A stretch of 62,932 bases of DNA, filler included, from Sluysia triapertura (taxonomy: Eukaryota), in assembly GCA_046118255.1 (NCBI GenBank). It is 5 parts of 5 records of this genome, joined end to end, with 100 filler letters (N's around TTAATTAATTAA, not from the genome) between each part and the next. Parts side by side here need not be neighbours in the genome. Positions count along the whole stretch, not along the records: positions 14,361 to 26,273 come from JBJNIA010156936.1; positions 26,374 to 38,696 come from JBJNIA010119417.1; 3 more parts are not named here. One strand, 5' to 3'. The number at the start of each line of letters is the position of its first letter. Position 1 is the first letter of the stretch. The notes below the pieces were generated by a model that was not told the origin of the DNA, ran no database searches, and saw only the letters and a program-made list of their open reading frames with translations. Shown here in pieces: positions 14,529-28,257 of the stretch. The position numbers and the translations under genes are program-made.

Positions 14529-14901
14529 AAAAATTTAGAGTTGTTTGAATCTTGGACGGTGTTATTTAACAAAGTTGAGAATATACGTGAATATGGATTA
14601 GACAAACGTTTAGATGATGTAGCTAAACAACTTTTATTCGAATTGCCAGTGTATGATGTGCTTAATCCGGGTACTAGTACATTATCACTTGGAAGCTTTT
14701 CAAATAGCGTTATATTACAAACTCGGCAAGCTGCAATAAAAATAAATCATAATTTACGACTAGCTCTTGATGCTGCTCAAGATATTGCTGCTAATTTGTT
14801 GAAAGAATATGATTTGTTTGTTGCATCACATGATTTAACGGAAACTACTCTAACTGAAAGTAAGTTTGTAATAATAATAATTATTATTATTACAATTATT
14901 A

Positions 14902-14948
<47 letters not shown>

Positions 14949-17900
14949 GACACATTACAACAAAAACAAATAAATCTTTAATATCTCAAAAACTTCATAA
15001 TTAACATTTAAAACATTCTAAATCAAAAATAAAATAAAAGAATCACGAACCTGAACTCTTCCACTTAATTAATAAGTCAAATGATTGCCATTTTATTAAA
15101 TGGAAATATTATAGGAGACATTTAAATTGGCCACGTTATAAGGATAATACATAAAATTATGATGTAAATCTATTGTAGGAATTATTTTTATTACAAATTT
15201 AAATTACACTTTATTTATTCTTAGTTAATTGTGTTTCTTTTGATAAATAATTATGCTGATTAAAATGTACTTCCAGCATATTGATTATTAAATATGCAGT
15301 AACTTTTTGAGATAATGAACAAGAAAAATGCTTGAAATTACAAATTACTTTAGTATTTTTTAAATTATTTAATGATCACACAGTAACTGTTTATATATTA
15401 CATTACATTTCAATTATTTTTGTTTTAATTGTTAATTTTTAAAATTTTTTGAAGAAATTGATTTGTTAGTCTCAATTTGTAAGTTTTGCGATTGTATATC
15501 ATATTTAGGTTATTGTAAACAAAAACCAAAAAGAAAAAGATATTCAGATGAAAATTATAAGCTAGAAAATAAATTTGTAACACAGGCATCTGTTGTGAAT
15601 AAATTTAAGATGCCGTCTGGAACGGTTAACGAAATTGTCAACAACCTGGGGAAGTACAAATCAGAGTATGAAAAGAAGATTGCGGGCAATAAAAGTATCA
15701 TTTCAAATATAAAAACGCACGAAATATAATCGAACATATACGAAAGAAAGAGAAAGTTGAACAAACTTAATACCGGAAGAGATGGCACTAGCAATTGCCA
15801 CAAAATTAGAATTGGAGAACTTTAAAGCCTCCAGCAAATGGATAGCAAGATTCAAAAGATCACATGGAATAAAAACACAATTTATATCTGGAAAAGAAAT
15901 AATTTGGTTTTACGTGAATCATGAACAGAATTCGAAAAGGTTTATAATAAGTATACCAAACGTGAAAAATTTAATTGTGTAGAAACAGGGTTGATCTTTG
16001 AGTGTCCTCCCAAAAAGACACTTACTTTAAGCAAAGAAGAAAAGGCTATTAAAAATTCTCTAAAGAAGGAGTAACACTTCTTTTTTCCTTAAATGAAACA
16101 GGTGAAAGGGAAGCTCCACTAGTGTTAGGGAAATATAAATCTCCAGAGGATTTAAAATCTGGACTTTTCTAAGATATGCTTAAAATACGAGAATGACAAA
16201 AATTCTTGGATGACCTGTACAATTTTTGGTTTGCGATTACATAATCTTAATGAGAAAATGAAAAAGGAAAATCGCATAATCTTGTTATTACTAGACAATA
16301 CGCCAGTACAAAATACTATTGAGGTGTTCAGTAACATCGAACTTTACTATTTTTTATCAGAAACTGTACTTCCAAAATACAGCCTTTAGATCAAGGAATT
16401 ATCAAAACATTCAAAGCTCATTGCACAAAAACTTTTACGAGAAATTTGACTATAGAGATTGAAGATGACACCGTTACATATAAGGAAGCAATTAAAAGAA
16501 CTCGCTTAGTTGTTGTCCTTCCTCTCATAATAAATACTTGGAACTCAATTAGCCAACTGTTTTAGTCATGGATATAATGCAGACAATTTCAGTGAATGAA
16601 ATTAATAATATAGCTCTACCGGATACCAACATAGATATTTCTGAAATATTTGAATATAATGACTTCCAATATGTGCAGATTTCAATATTGATGATACAGC
16701 TTTCCTCGAACAGGTTGAATCCTTAAATAAACTTGTTGAACATGAATAAACATTAGAAGAAGAGATCGGATATGCAGATTCTGTACATTATTTAAAACAA
16801 TTGGAAAGATACTTTCTAGTGCATAATAACTTGGCACTCAAAAATTTGGATGATCTCAGAAATCAGTTGCTAGACAGCAAAAAATAGATCTTCAAAATTA
16901 ACATATTTTAAAAAAATGAATAAATGTTGATATCTTCATTATCTCTATTTAATAAACAACCAACTTTTTGTTTATCGTGGCGCGCATTATCTCAAAAAGT
17001 TGCTCTATATGGCACAAATATTATAAAATTATAAAATTATACATACTTTATTTTACATTTAAGAGTTGAATTAATTACGCCTTTAACTTTTCTAAATTAT
17101 ATTTTTAAATTATATTGTAAATTTTAAAATAATTGCTTATTCTGAAATTTAAACAATTCTTTGCGTACAGACCTTTTTATCATTTAGAAATTATAAAATA
17201 TTTATCTGTAAATTAAATTAAAATTATATTATTGCAATGGTTTTTCTTATCCTACGAATAAAAATGAATGAATATGGTGAGTTCACTAACGTATATAGAT
17301 TTACCAGTTAGGGCCAGCCGTTGGATTTTAAATGCAAACAAGTGTAGTAGGTCAAATCTTAAAGTTTTGATTTGAGTTGATGCAATTAAATCACTTTCAA
17401 AAATCTTTAGTGGATATGTTTCTTTCAAAATAAATTTAGGATTAATTAAAATATTATTAGTGATGATTTTACTGGATTAAAAGGATTCGAAAATGGTTTA
17501 GTATAAGTTTTCGATAAATCTTGAATAAATACAAAACGGGTATTAATTTTAGTTATTTTAAATCTATAAAATTTACTTATGATTAATAATTCACTAAATA
17601 AGAAAACTTTGTTATTAAGACATTATTAACACAGATAAATAAAAAATGCCCATATTCTTTTCAGGATCCACTGACATTCTTTTTGCAATAAGTTTTTTTA
17701 TAAGATAAATAAAGTATTAATTAAATATTTTATACAAATTACAAATTTGGTATTTAATTTTAGACACAATGACAATGGATAATGTGAATAATGATATGCG
17801 TACGGGTAATTTAATAAAAACTAGGAAGACAATACAAAAAATTCAACAAAGTGCTGATGAATTAATAAAATTATTTGGACAAAAAGCATTAGAGGCAGTT

Positions 17901-18006
17901 ATAAAATCATTTAGAAGTTCATTGAGTGAATTGTGGCTAGTTTTAAATTGCAAAGAAGCTGTAAATGAATTGAAAAAAAGATCAGAAGATAATATTGTTT
18001 TTGTTG
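14529..18006 (+). CDS. Two exons (14529-14859, 17764-18006) of an axonemal dynein heavy chain (DNAH5/DNAH8-like tail region), partial
   Basis: Phase-compatible GT-AG exons. 'LFNKVENIREYGLDKRLDDVAKQLLFELP...AAQDIAANLL' and 'SADELIKLFGQKALEAVIKSFRSSLSEL' resemble consecutive segments of the DNAH5/8 tail (recognised from memory). Confidence 0.65.
15297..17005 (+). mobile_element. Tigger/pogo DNA transposon with disrupted transposase, inside the dynein intron
   Basis: 21-bp TIRs (CAGTAACTTTTTGAGATAATG, 19/21 match), TA on the right; motifs FKASSKWIARFKRSHGI, ETGL, NSWMT, ILLLLDN, QPLDQGIIKTFK broken by frameshifts. Confidence 0.9.
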
Positions 18007-18249
18007 GTTAGGATTAATTAGCTTTACTTTTGTAAGAGTTCAGAATAAAATTTCGTAATAACTTTTTTTTATATTTTTCTTTGTATGAATTCTTTTTTTT
18101 CTTTTTTGGTAAATTTTTAACCAATCACATTACGCTAAACTTATTTTCGATTAATATTTCAACTATTATTTGACGGCGTAAAAAAATCCGTCAAAAAGAG
18201 AATACTAACAGACACCAATAAATATTAAGTAGTAAGGCAAATACAAATA

Positions 18250-18411
18250 TGTTAGGTTGTCATCATAACCTTATAAAATATTTTAAAATGTCATAACACT
18301 TTAAAATCTTATTTTCCAAAAAAAGAAATTTATCTTCTAAAAATAGAATAGAAACTTCTAGAATGTCCTGGAATATCCCATCGATTACCATTGGCTGTTG
18401 ACTAGTATACA
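18250..18411 (+). repeat. Dispersed LTR-like repeat family (5' part)
   Basis: TGTTAGGTTGTCATCA...TTCTAGAA...ATTGGCTGTTGACTAGTATA; related copies near 8419-8597 (+), 50913-51082 (+), 22460-22640 (-) and 54482-54667 (-). Confidence 0.55.
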
Positions 18412-21339
18412 AACTAGCATCCATTTAATGAGAATCGTCATTTTGTAAATCCACCATTTTGAAGTTAGTCGCCATTTGCAATTTTTCGCTTGATACAACT
18501 TTGCAGAGACATTGTTGGAGGAATTATGAAATTTTAGTAATTATTCACAATTCACAATCAATTCAAAATTTGGGAAATATCCTCAGAACCACAACTATTC
18601 AATTTCATTGTGGTGACCAACCTTTTCATTTAAAATTTAAGTCATTATTGCATATACTTAATATCACATTTTTTTAAACACTTAACATTTTACTTTTTCG
18701 GATCCATTAAAACCTCTTTACATTTCAAAACATTTTTAAATTCACATTAAAATTATACTTACATTCAAAACCATTTAATTTACATTTCAAATTTTATCTA
18801 AAACATTCTAAGTTCACAATTCTGCAATATTCAAATTATTCATAGCATTAAAAACATTAAATTCACATTTTAAAATCATTTTTTAAACATTTTAATCAAA
18901 TTTAAACATTTTAACATTTTTAATTACGTTATCATCTTTTTTACACATTCTTTTATCAATTTCTTTTGCATTTTCCTTTTTGTGAAATAAATGTGAAATT
19001 AAAAGGAATATTTATGCTTTGTATTATCTACCATTGTTCTCATTTTTATTTTATTTTTGGAATTTTAGAAAAGTTTTGTGTAAAGAATGAGAAAAGCAAG
19101 ATCTTTTTTTGTATTTTATATAATTTTATTATTATTATTATCATTTATTATTATTTATTACTTATTTTTGTTATTTATGTATTAATTATTATTATTTTTC
19201 ATTTTATTATTACTATTATTATCTTTAAATTACTTAATATATTAGAACCACATACATTAGCAGCTATATCACCTGCCAGTAGTTGACAGTTTTAAATTAA
19301 ATAAAGTTTATATCACCGTATTAACTATCAACTACTGACAGTCTCATAATCAAAAATTTAATTTACTACTTTCAAAATCATTGGTCATCCAATCACGACT
19401 CTGTTAATAGTGCCAGAAAGAGCGTGACTAATAAAAATTTAGAAAAGATTGTTTAAAGTGAACAGATTAAAAAATTTCGAAAAACAGTTCTGATTGTAGT
19501 TATAAACGATATCAGTATTTAATACGTAATAGTAACACTATAACCGTCTGATTTTCATCCATAATATTATTCATAGTTAATATTTGAACAAATTTAAAAG
19601 AAATTTAAATAAACGTTTCCTTTTAAATTTTACTGCCATTTAGTAAAAATGTTCAAAAAATCAACGAAATTGAACAAACAAAAACGAAAAGAATTTTATA
19701 ATTCTGAAGAAAAATGTGAAGAACTACGAAAAGCATTAAAATGTTTAATAAAGCTAAAAGTCGATATATTTACGTTCACGAATCAATAAAATGATGTTAC
19801 AAAATCTATTAGTTACTAAAGTAAAAGAAATGACAAGAAAAGTAGATGCAGTTTATGATTGAAAATTAATAATTAAAATTTGTGTTGTAGTCAGTCAAGA
19901 ACGTTTTCAATTATTATATGTTACACCAAAAATTTCATACAAAATTCTAAATAATCGGTATAAAGAGTTAATGAAACATCGTTCATATGTCTCATAATGC
20001 TGTAGTCAATAGACTTGTTACTGAATATGTTTTACCTTATCAACAACAAAATTGCTCCAACATAATTCTTCTCAAGATAAGATTTCATGAATATCATTCG
20101 GAAAGTGTTATTTCAATACAAATATATTATCAAAATCTAATATTTAATGATTATACGTATAGTCAAAGCACTTCAAAGATAAAATCCAGCAATGATAATC
20201 AAGTACAACGTTTGAATTTATCATTAATTCTGTTTCTAAAAGACTTTGTTTTAAGTTGTCACCTGTTATGCTTGAAGAAAATTTATCCGCAAAATACAAA
20301 CGGTTTTCAAATGATATGCTTAAAGATATTGAAGTCAGATACCGATTTAATGCCACAACTATGTTAACCTACCATAAAAGGTATTATGGTAAATCTAATA
20401 TTGTCAATTCAAGTAGTACCGTTCTCAAGCAGCACATCCCAAACAGACAAATTTGGAAAATGTATCAAGTTTGGCACATCTTACCGTTATTGTCACGATG
20501 CCTTCGAGATGAGATACAATGATGAAGATACAAATGAACATGTGCAACGATTAAGCAGTTTACTAATATCTTTGAAATTCAGCCATTTTAATACCAAACA
20601 ACAAACCAACAAATACCAAATTCAATTTAAGAACAAGGACAAAGACTATTTTGGTGTTGATAAATTAAGACTGCAAGTAATAATAATTTTTTGTTTTCAT
20701 ATATAAAGATTTGATCCTTATTATTTATTATTATAAAGAAGTCCATAAATAAATCAAGATGTACCGTATCGAAATATAGATGGAATTAAGCCCTAATATA
20801 AAGTTTTTAACATTTTTGGAAGTAACAATTCTGTTTTTTATATTTAGAAATAAAATTCGTGTTTCTATTTTATTAAGTTTGTAAATAATAAAGTTTATAA
20901 AAATATCTTTAAATTAATTTTAATAAATTCGTTTTAAGATGAAATAACAAAAACTTTTATTTTTACTTACAGCAATTTTAACCATATATTTAACAATAAA
21001 ATCATAACAATAATAATTATAAAACAAGTAAGTCCAAAATCTAAATTTGGTAAATTTAAATCTTTAACACTGTGCAATCTATCTCATTTAAATTCTCTAA
21101 TGATTCGTGATAATCTTACTAGTTCTTCATTATAATCAAATTAAAAATAAAACTAATCAGGTTTATTATTAAAGAATACAAAAAATTACAAGTTAGACAA
21201 CAAAAATAAGTAATATTTTATAATTAAAACCTTTTTAGGCATTTAATTTCTTATTATTTTTAATTTTAGTTATAAGTTTTTCCCCTCATTGAATCGGGCT
21301 GGGAAAATGAACTAAAATAAATTTAGAATTTTTACTTCT

Positions 21340-22640
21340 TGTGACAACAATTGTCGCCGTTTCTCCCTCGAATACTTAAAACTGGACGCAAAACTCTATT
21401 TCCGCAAACCTGATCTTATTTCTACTTTTAATTGGCTTTCCGGTTCTATCGATCCTGATATGTTTCCCTCTAAAGCAACTCTTTGGGCTAATGTGAGAGA
21501 CTGCTGCAAATCAATCAGAGCTAAGCATGGCATTGTGGTTCTTTTTGCTTTTAACAATGACTTATTTATTCTTAAACTTTCTTTAAAATCTTCTTCGTTT
21601 TCATTTATCAAAGATGAGAAGGACCTGTTACTCAAGCCTTTCATCATTTGACTGGATTGTTCCATTTTCTTAAATCTCTCTTAGCTTCTTTTCTCGCGCA
21701 ACCTCAACTGTTCAATAAACTTCTTCTTAGTTCTGAACTTCCTAAGAACACCTTCTTCTTCTTACTCAAAGCTTGCACTAACACTTTGTCCGAAAAATCT
21801 GAAAACTAATACTTCTACTCATTGCCGACGTAGCCGCTTTAAGTGCGAGTTCAATTCTAGCTTGATTATTCTTCATCATAACCGCGCTCTTTCTTTAGGG
21901 ACCAGGGAATTAACGTTAAATGCAACTCTGAATGTCAACTCTTCTCCAACCGTTCAGATGTCCCCGACAAAGTCAAAAAAAGACCGGACCTTCTCTTTCA
22001 ATTCAATTCTTCTTTCTTCATTATTGATGTCAAAACTTCTTTTGATAAACTTGAATCTTTCCCTGACGTCCACAAGGAAAACTCTCTGAAATATCTTCCT
22101 TTCTCTCAACATCTCTCTAGAATCTCTCGTTCTAAAGTTACTATCTACACCTTAATCTTTCTTTCCCTTGGCATTACTTATTTTGAAAACTTTAATGTTC
22201 TTAAATCTTTCAAATTTCTGTCCTCACAAATTAATAATCGACATCAAATTTTCACACCGAATCTTTCTAAATCATGTCTTGTCCCGGTATCCGAGCAACT
22301 GGTAAAATGAAACCGAAAAAAATAACTTTTCATCGAACTGATACTTTCATTAACATTTTTATAAATTTTTTATCATGTGTGTAAATCATTTATGTTACTG
22401 CCATCAGCAAAGATTTATTAATTAATTAATGAAGTTAATTTTTGATTTTTGACGTGCAATATATAGTAGTCATCAGTCAATCCAGAATTTTCTAGAATTT
22501 TTAATTTCTTTTTGGAAAATGTGATTTTATTTTTTCGAAAATATTTTTTTCTTTTTTCGCAAAATGTTTACGTTTTCGAAAATTCTCTTTTTTAAAAATA
22601 ACTTTCTTTTATATATAAGACTTGTGATAATAATATAGTT
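21340..22640 (-). mobile_element. Probable LTR-retrotransposon remnant (LTR-like repeat followed by decayed gag-like frame)
   Basis: LTR-family copy at 22460-22640 lies upstream of a purine-rich, interrupted E/K/R-rich reading frame that includes track ORF 21396-21665. Confidence 0.4.
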
Positions 22641-25600
22641 ATATCTGAAATGTTCAGAACGCCATTGTAATAAATTTTGAAGAAATTAGTTAATATTATT
22701 TCCTTACAAAACAAAAGGTAAATACAAATTTTACAAAGACTTTAGAGAATATTATAACACTAGCTATATAATTTTTCGATTGTCTTAACAACACTAAAGA
22801 TAAATGAAATAAATATTGTTATAATATTAAAAATGAATATGCATTATTTACGATAAAGTTTCAAAACGTCTATTAAAATTAAATCAAGCTTATTCAATTG
22901 GTCAAACTTCTAATTTCAATTACTCAGAAAAATTAAAATTTCAAATATTTCTTGACACGCAAATTTCTGTTGTAAATTTCTGTAGTTAGTAGTGATAAAT
23001 TTGGTAAAAATAATTAATAATTTCTAAAAATTTTAACAATGAATGAATTACTAAATTATTAAAATTATTAATGATCGGTATAGTTTTAATATTTATCCTC
23101 TTCGGTTTGTTGTATGCGGAGGTCATTTTAACATTTTTATGAATTAAATTTAGAAAGTAAAAATCATTATTATAACTTAAACACCAGTTTAACTTAGTGC
23201 CTCTAAATAATCCATTGTTCTATTTATATATTGTTTAAAAAATTTAAAAAAGAAAGTTAATCTTGAAAATAAAAAAATGCTACAGTTATGCAATTAATTA
23301 TTAAGTAAATATGAATCTTGAACTCCAATCAACTTCTAATTATATTAAGTCAAAACTCGAAGAATTTCTTTCCAAATAAAAGAAGTTAACCAAAGTATAT
23401 AAAAAAAGCTAATTATTTATTTTTATTAGTAGAATAAGATCCTATTTTTCGATCTACCAACAATTATTATAGTGAAGAAATGAAAAATTATTTCATTAAA
23501 AAATGAACATTTTTAAACATAATAATCGATTCAAAAAATTACTACGAAATATTAATAATTTCAAAGTATTTTAACAAATTAAATCGTTTGTATCTAATTG
23601 GGCTCTTCTGCAGCACATAATCATCTTTTGTTAAAATTATTCTTAGATGATCTACCTAATGATCATTCAGAAGTTGATAAGTTATGAGTAAAAGTATTAC
23701 TAATGTTAATTTAGTTATATTAATTAATTATATTAATTTAGTTATAATTAATTATATTATATTTTAATATTTTGTTCAATAAAAGTTTGGTAAATAAAGA
23801 TTTGAATATAAAAATAAAGTTTCAGGTCACTCAACAGAATCTTGCGAACCTTGCAGACCCACGCTGAATCATAGTCTTTGTTACCGTTTTATTTATCTGA
23901 TTTTAAAAATTCTGATCAATTTAAAAAGTAACAAACACTTTTTTCCACTATAATTAGATATAAATTAAAAATTAATATTAGTTATTCTCTGAAAGGAAAT
24001 TCACATCAATTGATGTATTTATTTAAGACTATATTCAAGAAAAAACAGGATTTTGCTTGTGTTTATATTTTTCTATTGATTTTGTCTACGTTATTGAAAA
24101 AAATAAGCTGTTTATGAATAAAATATTAATTTTAAATGACGTCCTCATTTTTAAAAATAAATTATTAAAGTTAATTATTGTGATTTGATAATATGTGTTA
24201 GAATCATATAAGGCTGAAATGGCTTATATGGCACATTATATGTATTTAAAAATTATTATTATTATTATAAAAATAATAAGATTAAAATAGAATAAAAATT
24301 GTCTTTTACAAAAGAATAAGAGTACAACTATCCCAATTTTTTAAAGATAGAGTTAAAACTATTAAAACTATTGTGAAACAAACATTGATGTCTATTTTTT
24401 TTACAAATTATTGATAATACATTATAAAATCATTATTAATATGGTAATTCCTTTGACTAATCAAAGCATGTGCATCTTGCATTACAGGATCAATTATTTG
24501 CTTTTATACGTGAATGTTCTAAATGTTTTTAAACATAGATATTTCAAGCAGCTTTATTACAACATTTTTACATGCAGTAAAAATAGCTTTAAAATATTTT
24601 AATCCAGAAAAAACTGTTATTATCGATAGTAGTTTTAATATTAAAGTATTTTAATGTTGATGATTTAGTAGAAGAAGCTATATGTAACAAATTATCGATT
24701 ATACTTTTTTCTTACTATACTTCTGTTTCTATTATTATTTTACTAATTAATAATTAATAGTTATTAATTTTAATAAATATAATCAAAACTAATAAAATTA
24801 TAAATAAAATTATATTTATAAAATAAAATTATAAAATTATTATTATAAATTACAAATTCAAATAAATTGATTCAAATTAATTTTAATTAGATTTTGCAAA
24901 TTTATTTATGAAATGTTACTGTCTAAGAAAATTTGTTTTTTGTCATTTTAGATTGTCAAGTTTAAAGAAAAGCAAATGAAATTGAGAAATATACGAATAA
25001 ATGTTATTTGTTCAAAAAATAAGAAACATGTAATTTAATGAAAAGAAAATATCAAAATGATTTCGAATGGCGGAAATTAGATTTTATAATAAAAATACTT
25101 GAAATGTACTGTATCTAAATTCAGGAAGTAGTGGATTAAAAACTGATTCATCAGGTGGTAATTGTGGTTGGATGATGGATTTAAATCGAACATTTTGATT
25201 GCTATTATTAATATATGGGTAATATTGAGAATAATCATTATCTCGGTATTCTCGAAATGATTTATATCTACTGGAGCTACAAGCTGATGCTGGAATTGGA
25301 TAAAAATGAGGTTGACAATTTTCAAAATCAGAGTCTGAGTCATCGTGCTGAAATTAAATAACGTAATATATGAAATACGTAATATGTGAAAGTGTAATAT
25401 ATGAAAATACTTATGTACTTTTATGTGAATTAAAATAAAATAGTTATCATGAAATTATTATTATTGTAATTATTAATTCATATTATTATACTGCATTATT
25501 AAAAGTATTATTATTAGAATTATTAATAAAAGTATTTATTATCATCATTATTATATTTATTATTAATTATCACTCTAGTATTTTTGTACTATTACTCTGT

Positions 25601-26273
25601 TAATATCAAAACGCATAAATTAATCATAAAAGTCTAAATCTGAATTAGTGTATTTATATTTATTTAAACAAATATAAATAAAGCAAACACATTAGCTCTC
25701 AAACGTTAAAAAATTATTCATTACTTTTTCTACGTCTGTTTGTTTTGTGAATCATTTGTGAAAAATTATTTTTAAATTGCAAACGTTGATCGTAATCTTA
25801 ATTTGATATTATAAAAAAGAGAACTAGATACAGAGGATCTTGTTACAGAAAATATTACTTTTTTATATTACTGTTTCTATTCAATTTAAATCGTTTTAAA
25901 AGTTTCAAAATAAAATATACATTAATTTTGAGCACTGTATACTAAAAGTTTTATTACGTATTAAAATACTTTGTTAAATTAAAACAAATGATTATTATTT
26001 GTGGAAAATAATATTAAAAATTTGTAAAAATTTAAACTTTATTGATTTTTATTACAATTGTACATTTCACTATTTAATGATATCCACTTTCACTTGTTTT
26101 TATATATTATAAAGAAATAAACCTTTCAAAGTTATATTAATCATACGTAAATATACGAAATTGTCCTTAAAATTTATAAAAAGAAAGTTAAGAAAAATAT
26201 ATATTCTAAAGAAATTAAGAGATAAATTCGACGTTAATAATTTTTCCATTTGTTGTTGATAACTATTGCATTC

Positions 26274-26373
26274 NNNNNNNNNNNNNNNNNNNNNNNNNNN
26301 NNNNNNNNNNNNNNNNNTTAATTAATTAANNNNNNNNNNNNNNNNNNNNNNNNNNNNNNNNNNNNNNNNNNNN
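26274..26373. other. Artificial contig-joining linker
   Basis: Same 44 N + TTAATTAATTAA + 44 N pattern. Confidence 0.97.
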
Positions 26374-26659
26374 CATTTATTTGTGGTTAGTGAACCTTGA
26401 GTTCTTATTGTTTATTTATTGTATTCTGGGTACTAACATTTATTTGTGTTTTGTAATAATATAATTGAATAATATAATTGAATTTTATTTTATTGAGTAA
26501 TTGATTATTATAAGTAATATAACTGTGTTATATTGACTTAATTATTATTTGATTTTCTTTATTGTGATATATTGTGATAAATTGATATATATTGAAATTA
26601 AAACTTATTCAATTGTCTTTTATAATTTAAAGATTATTAAAGAGATAAAAGCATAACAA

Positions 26660-26673
26660 TAATAATAATAACA

Positions 26674-26734
<61 letters not shown>

Positions 26735-26818
26735 TTTAATTAACTAAGTTAAATTTTGTAATTTAATATTTTATAATTATATTTAATCTTTTCAACACGA
26801 ACCATAACATAATTAACA

Positions 26819-26882
<64 letters not shown>
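26660..26882. repeat. (TAA)n and (TTA)n microsatellites in opposite orientation
   Basis: Direct observation; similar tracts at 14361-14440, 14870-14948 and 35874-35926. Confidence 0.9.
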
Positions 26883-26884
<2 letters not shown>

Positions 26885-28096
26885 TTGTGATAATGATAAC
26901 AATTATAAAATAATAAATTATAGTATTGGAATATAAAAATAATAATATTAAATTTTTCATAAGGGTAACGCCAGAACAATTCACAAAACTGCTTATATTA
27001 GTTGCGAAAGATATTAATTATTTATTTTACGGTGTCAGCCCCATTGTTAGAAAATACAATATATATAAGCGTTCAAAAGCGCTAATAAAACACATTAGTG
27101 AAAAGTATTTAGTTCAAATTATTTAAGTGTCTTAGTTAAGTCAAGAGTAAAATGTGGACATAGTCCTTATTAATTTTTCAGGTAACTTAATAAATTACCT
27201 TAAAATGTATTTTCAAAATCAATCATTATTAAGTGAAACTTGATAATTAATTTTATATTACCATTTTTCGTTTTATTTTTTACTATCTTAAAGTTGTGTT
27301 TTATATTTGATTTGAAATATAATTCAATAATAGTTGATAATTTTATTTTTCGGAAATTAATCGTATTAAATTAACTCGTATTTATTTAAAAGAGAGTTGA
27401 TAAATTGCATTATAGCCTTTAGTGATTAATAAATTTGACTGTATGCTATTTTAAAAATATTTAATCTTTAAAAAGTTATAGATGCGTCTACTTTAGTTAT
27501 AAGTCGTGGATTATATAATTATAATTTCATAATTTGCTGAGATTTTCTTAACTCATAATCTAAGGCAAAATAGAACTGAACATGGTCCAGTTACATTAAA
27601 CATTTGATGACGTTGTATGGGTGTTCCTCTAGTAAAATAACCGTGAAAATATGAATTAATAAATATTACTTTAGTAATTATTCTTACTCTGTGATTAAAA
27701 ATTTAAATCTATAATTCGAGATAATCTAATCCAAATTTTATTCTCCTTAACTTTACTTATTTCACTAAAAACTTAAAAGTTTTTATCATATTCAAATCAG
27801 AAACAAAAAATTTAAAGATTCTCAGATTATATAAAGAATCAAGATAAAAATTACTAATTTAATTTTAATTTGTTTGATTTTAAATGCAAATTTTTCTTCT
27901 CATTAAACTGAGGTGAGAAAATACATTAAAAAACATTTTACCTCAGATTTTAATATTTTGAACACCAACTGAGAACTTTACTGTATATAACTTTAATTGT
28001 AATGTGAATTAATTTTTGTTTTGAGCTGATAAAAAACTAATTTTATTTGTTTTTAAACTGAACTGATGAAAATTTGTGATAAAAAGCTAACGAATT

Positions 28097-28257
28097 TGTT
28101 GGGGCTAAAAGGCCTAAAAAGTGCCAAGTAGTATAATTGATTATATTGAAAATGAAATTGTTAGACGGGACTGATAGCTCAGTGGTAGAGCAGTCGGACT
28201 GTGCAGACGATGGTCCCGGGTTCGATCCCCGGTCAGTCCATTTTACGAAGTCTAACA
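28097..28257 (+). mobile_element. 161-bp TG...CA element (solo-LTR-like) with 4-bp TSD and an internal tRNA-like sequence
   Basis: Starts TGTTGG, ends CTAACA, flanked by AATT/AATT; second copy at 10286-10414. Confidence 0.75.
28168..28240 (+). tRNA. tRNA-like sequence (GTG anticodon, His-like), probably a pseudo-tRNA or Pol III promoter module
   Basis: Perfect acceptor stem GGACTGA/TCAGTCC, D arm GCTC-AGTGGTA-GAGC, T arm CCGGG-TTCGATC-CCCGG, then TTTT; anticodon stem only 3/5 paired. Confidence 0.6.

Noticed and set aside
13799-14859. Joining the 13799-13970 exon to the dynein exons
   Set aside because: An artificial contig linker lies between them.
26749-26979. Poly-Ile ORF, and poly-Ile/Tyr/Asn tails of ORFs 14541-14981 and 35627-35953
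   Set aside because: Translation of (TAA/TTA)n microsatellites in introns or intergenic DNA.
28168-28240. Functional tRNA-His gene
   Set aside because: The anticodon stem is mispaired and the sequence sits inside a dispersed TSD-flanked element; kept only as tRNA-like.
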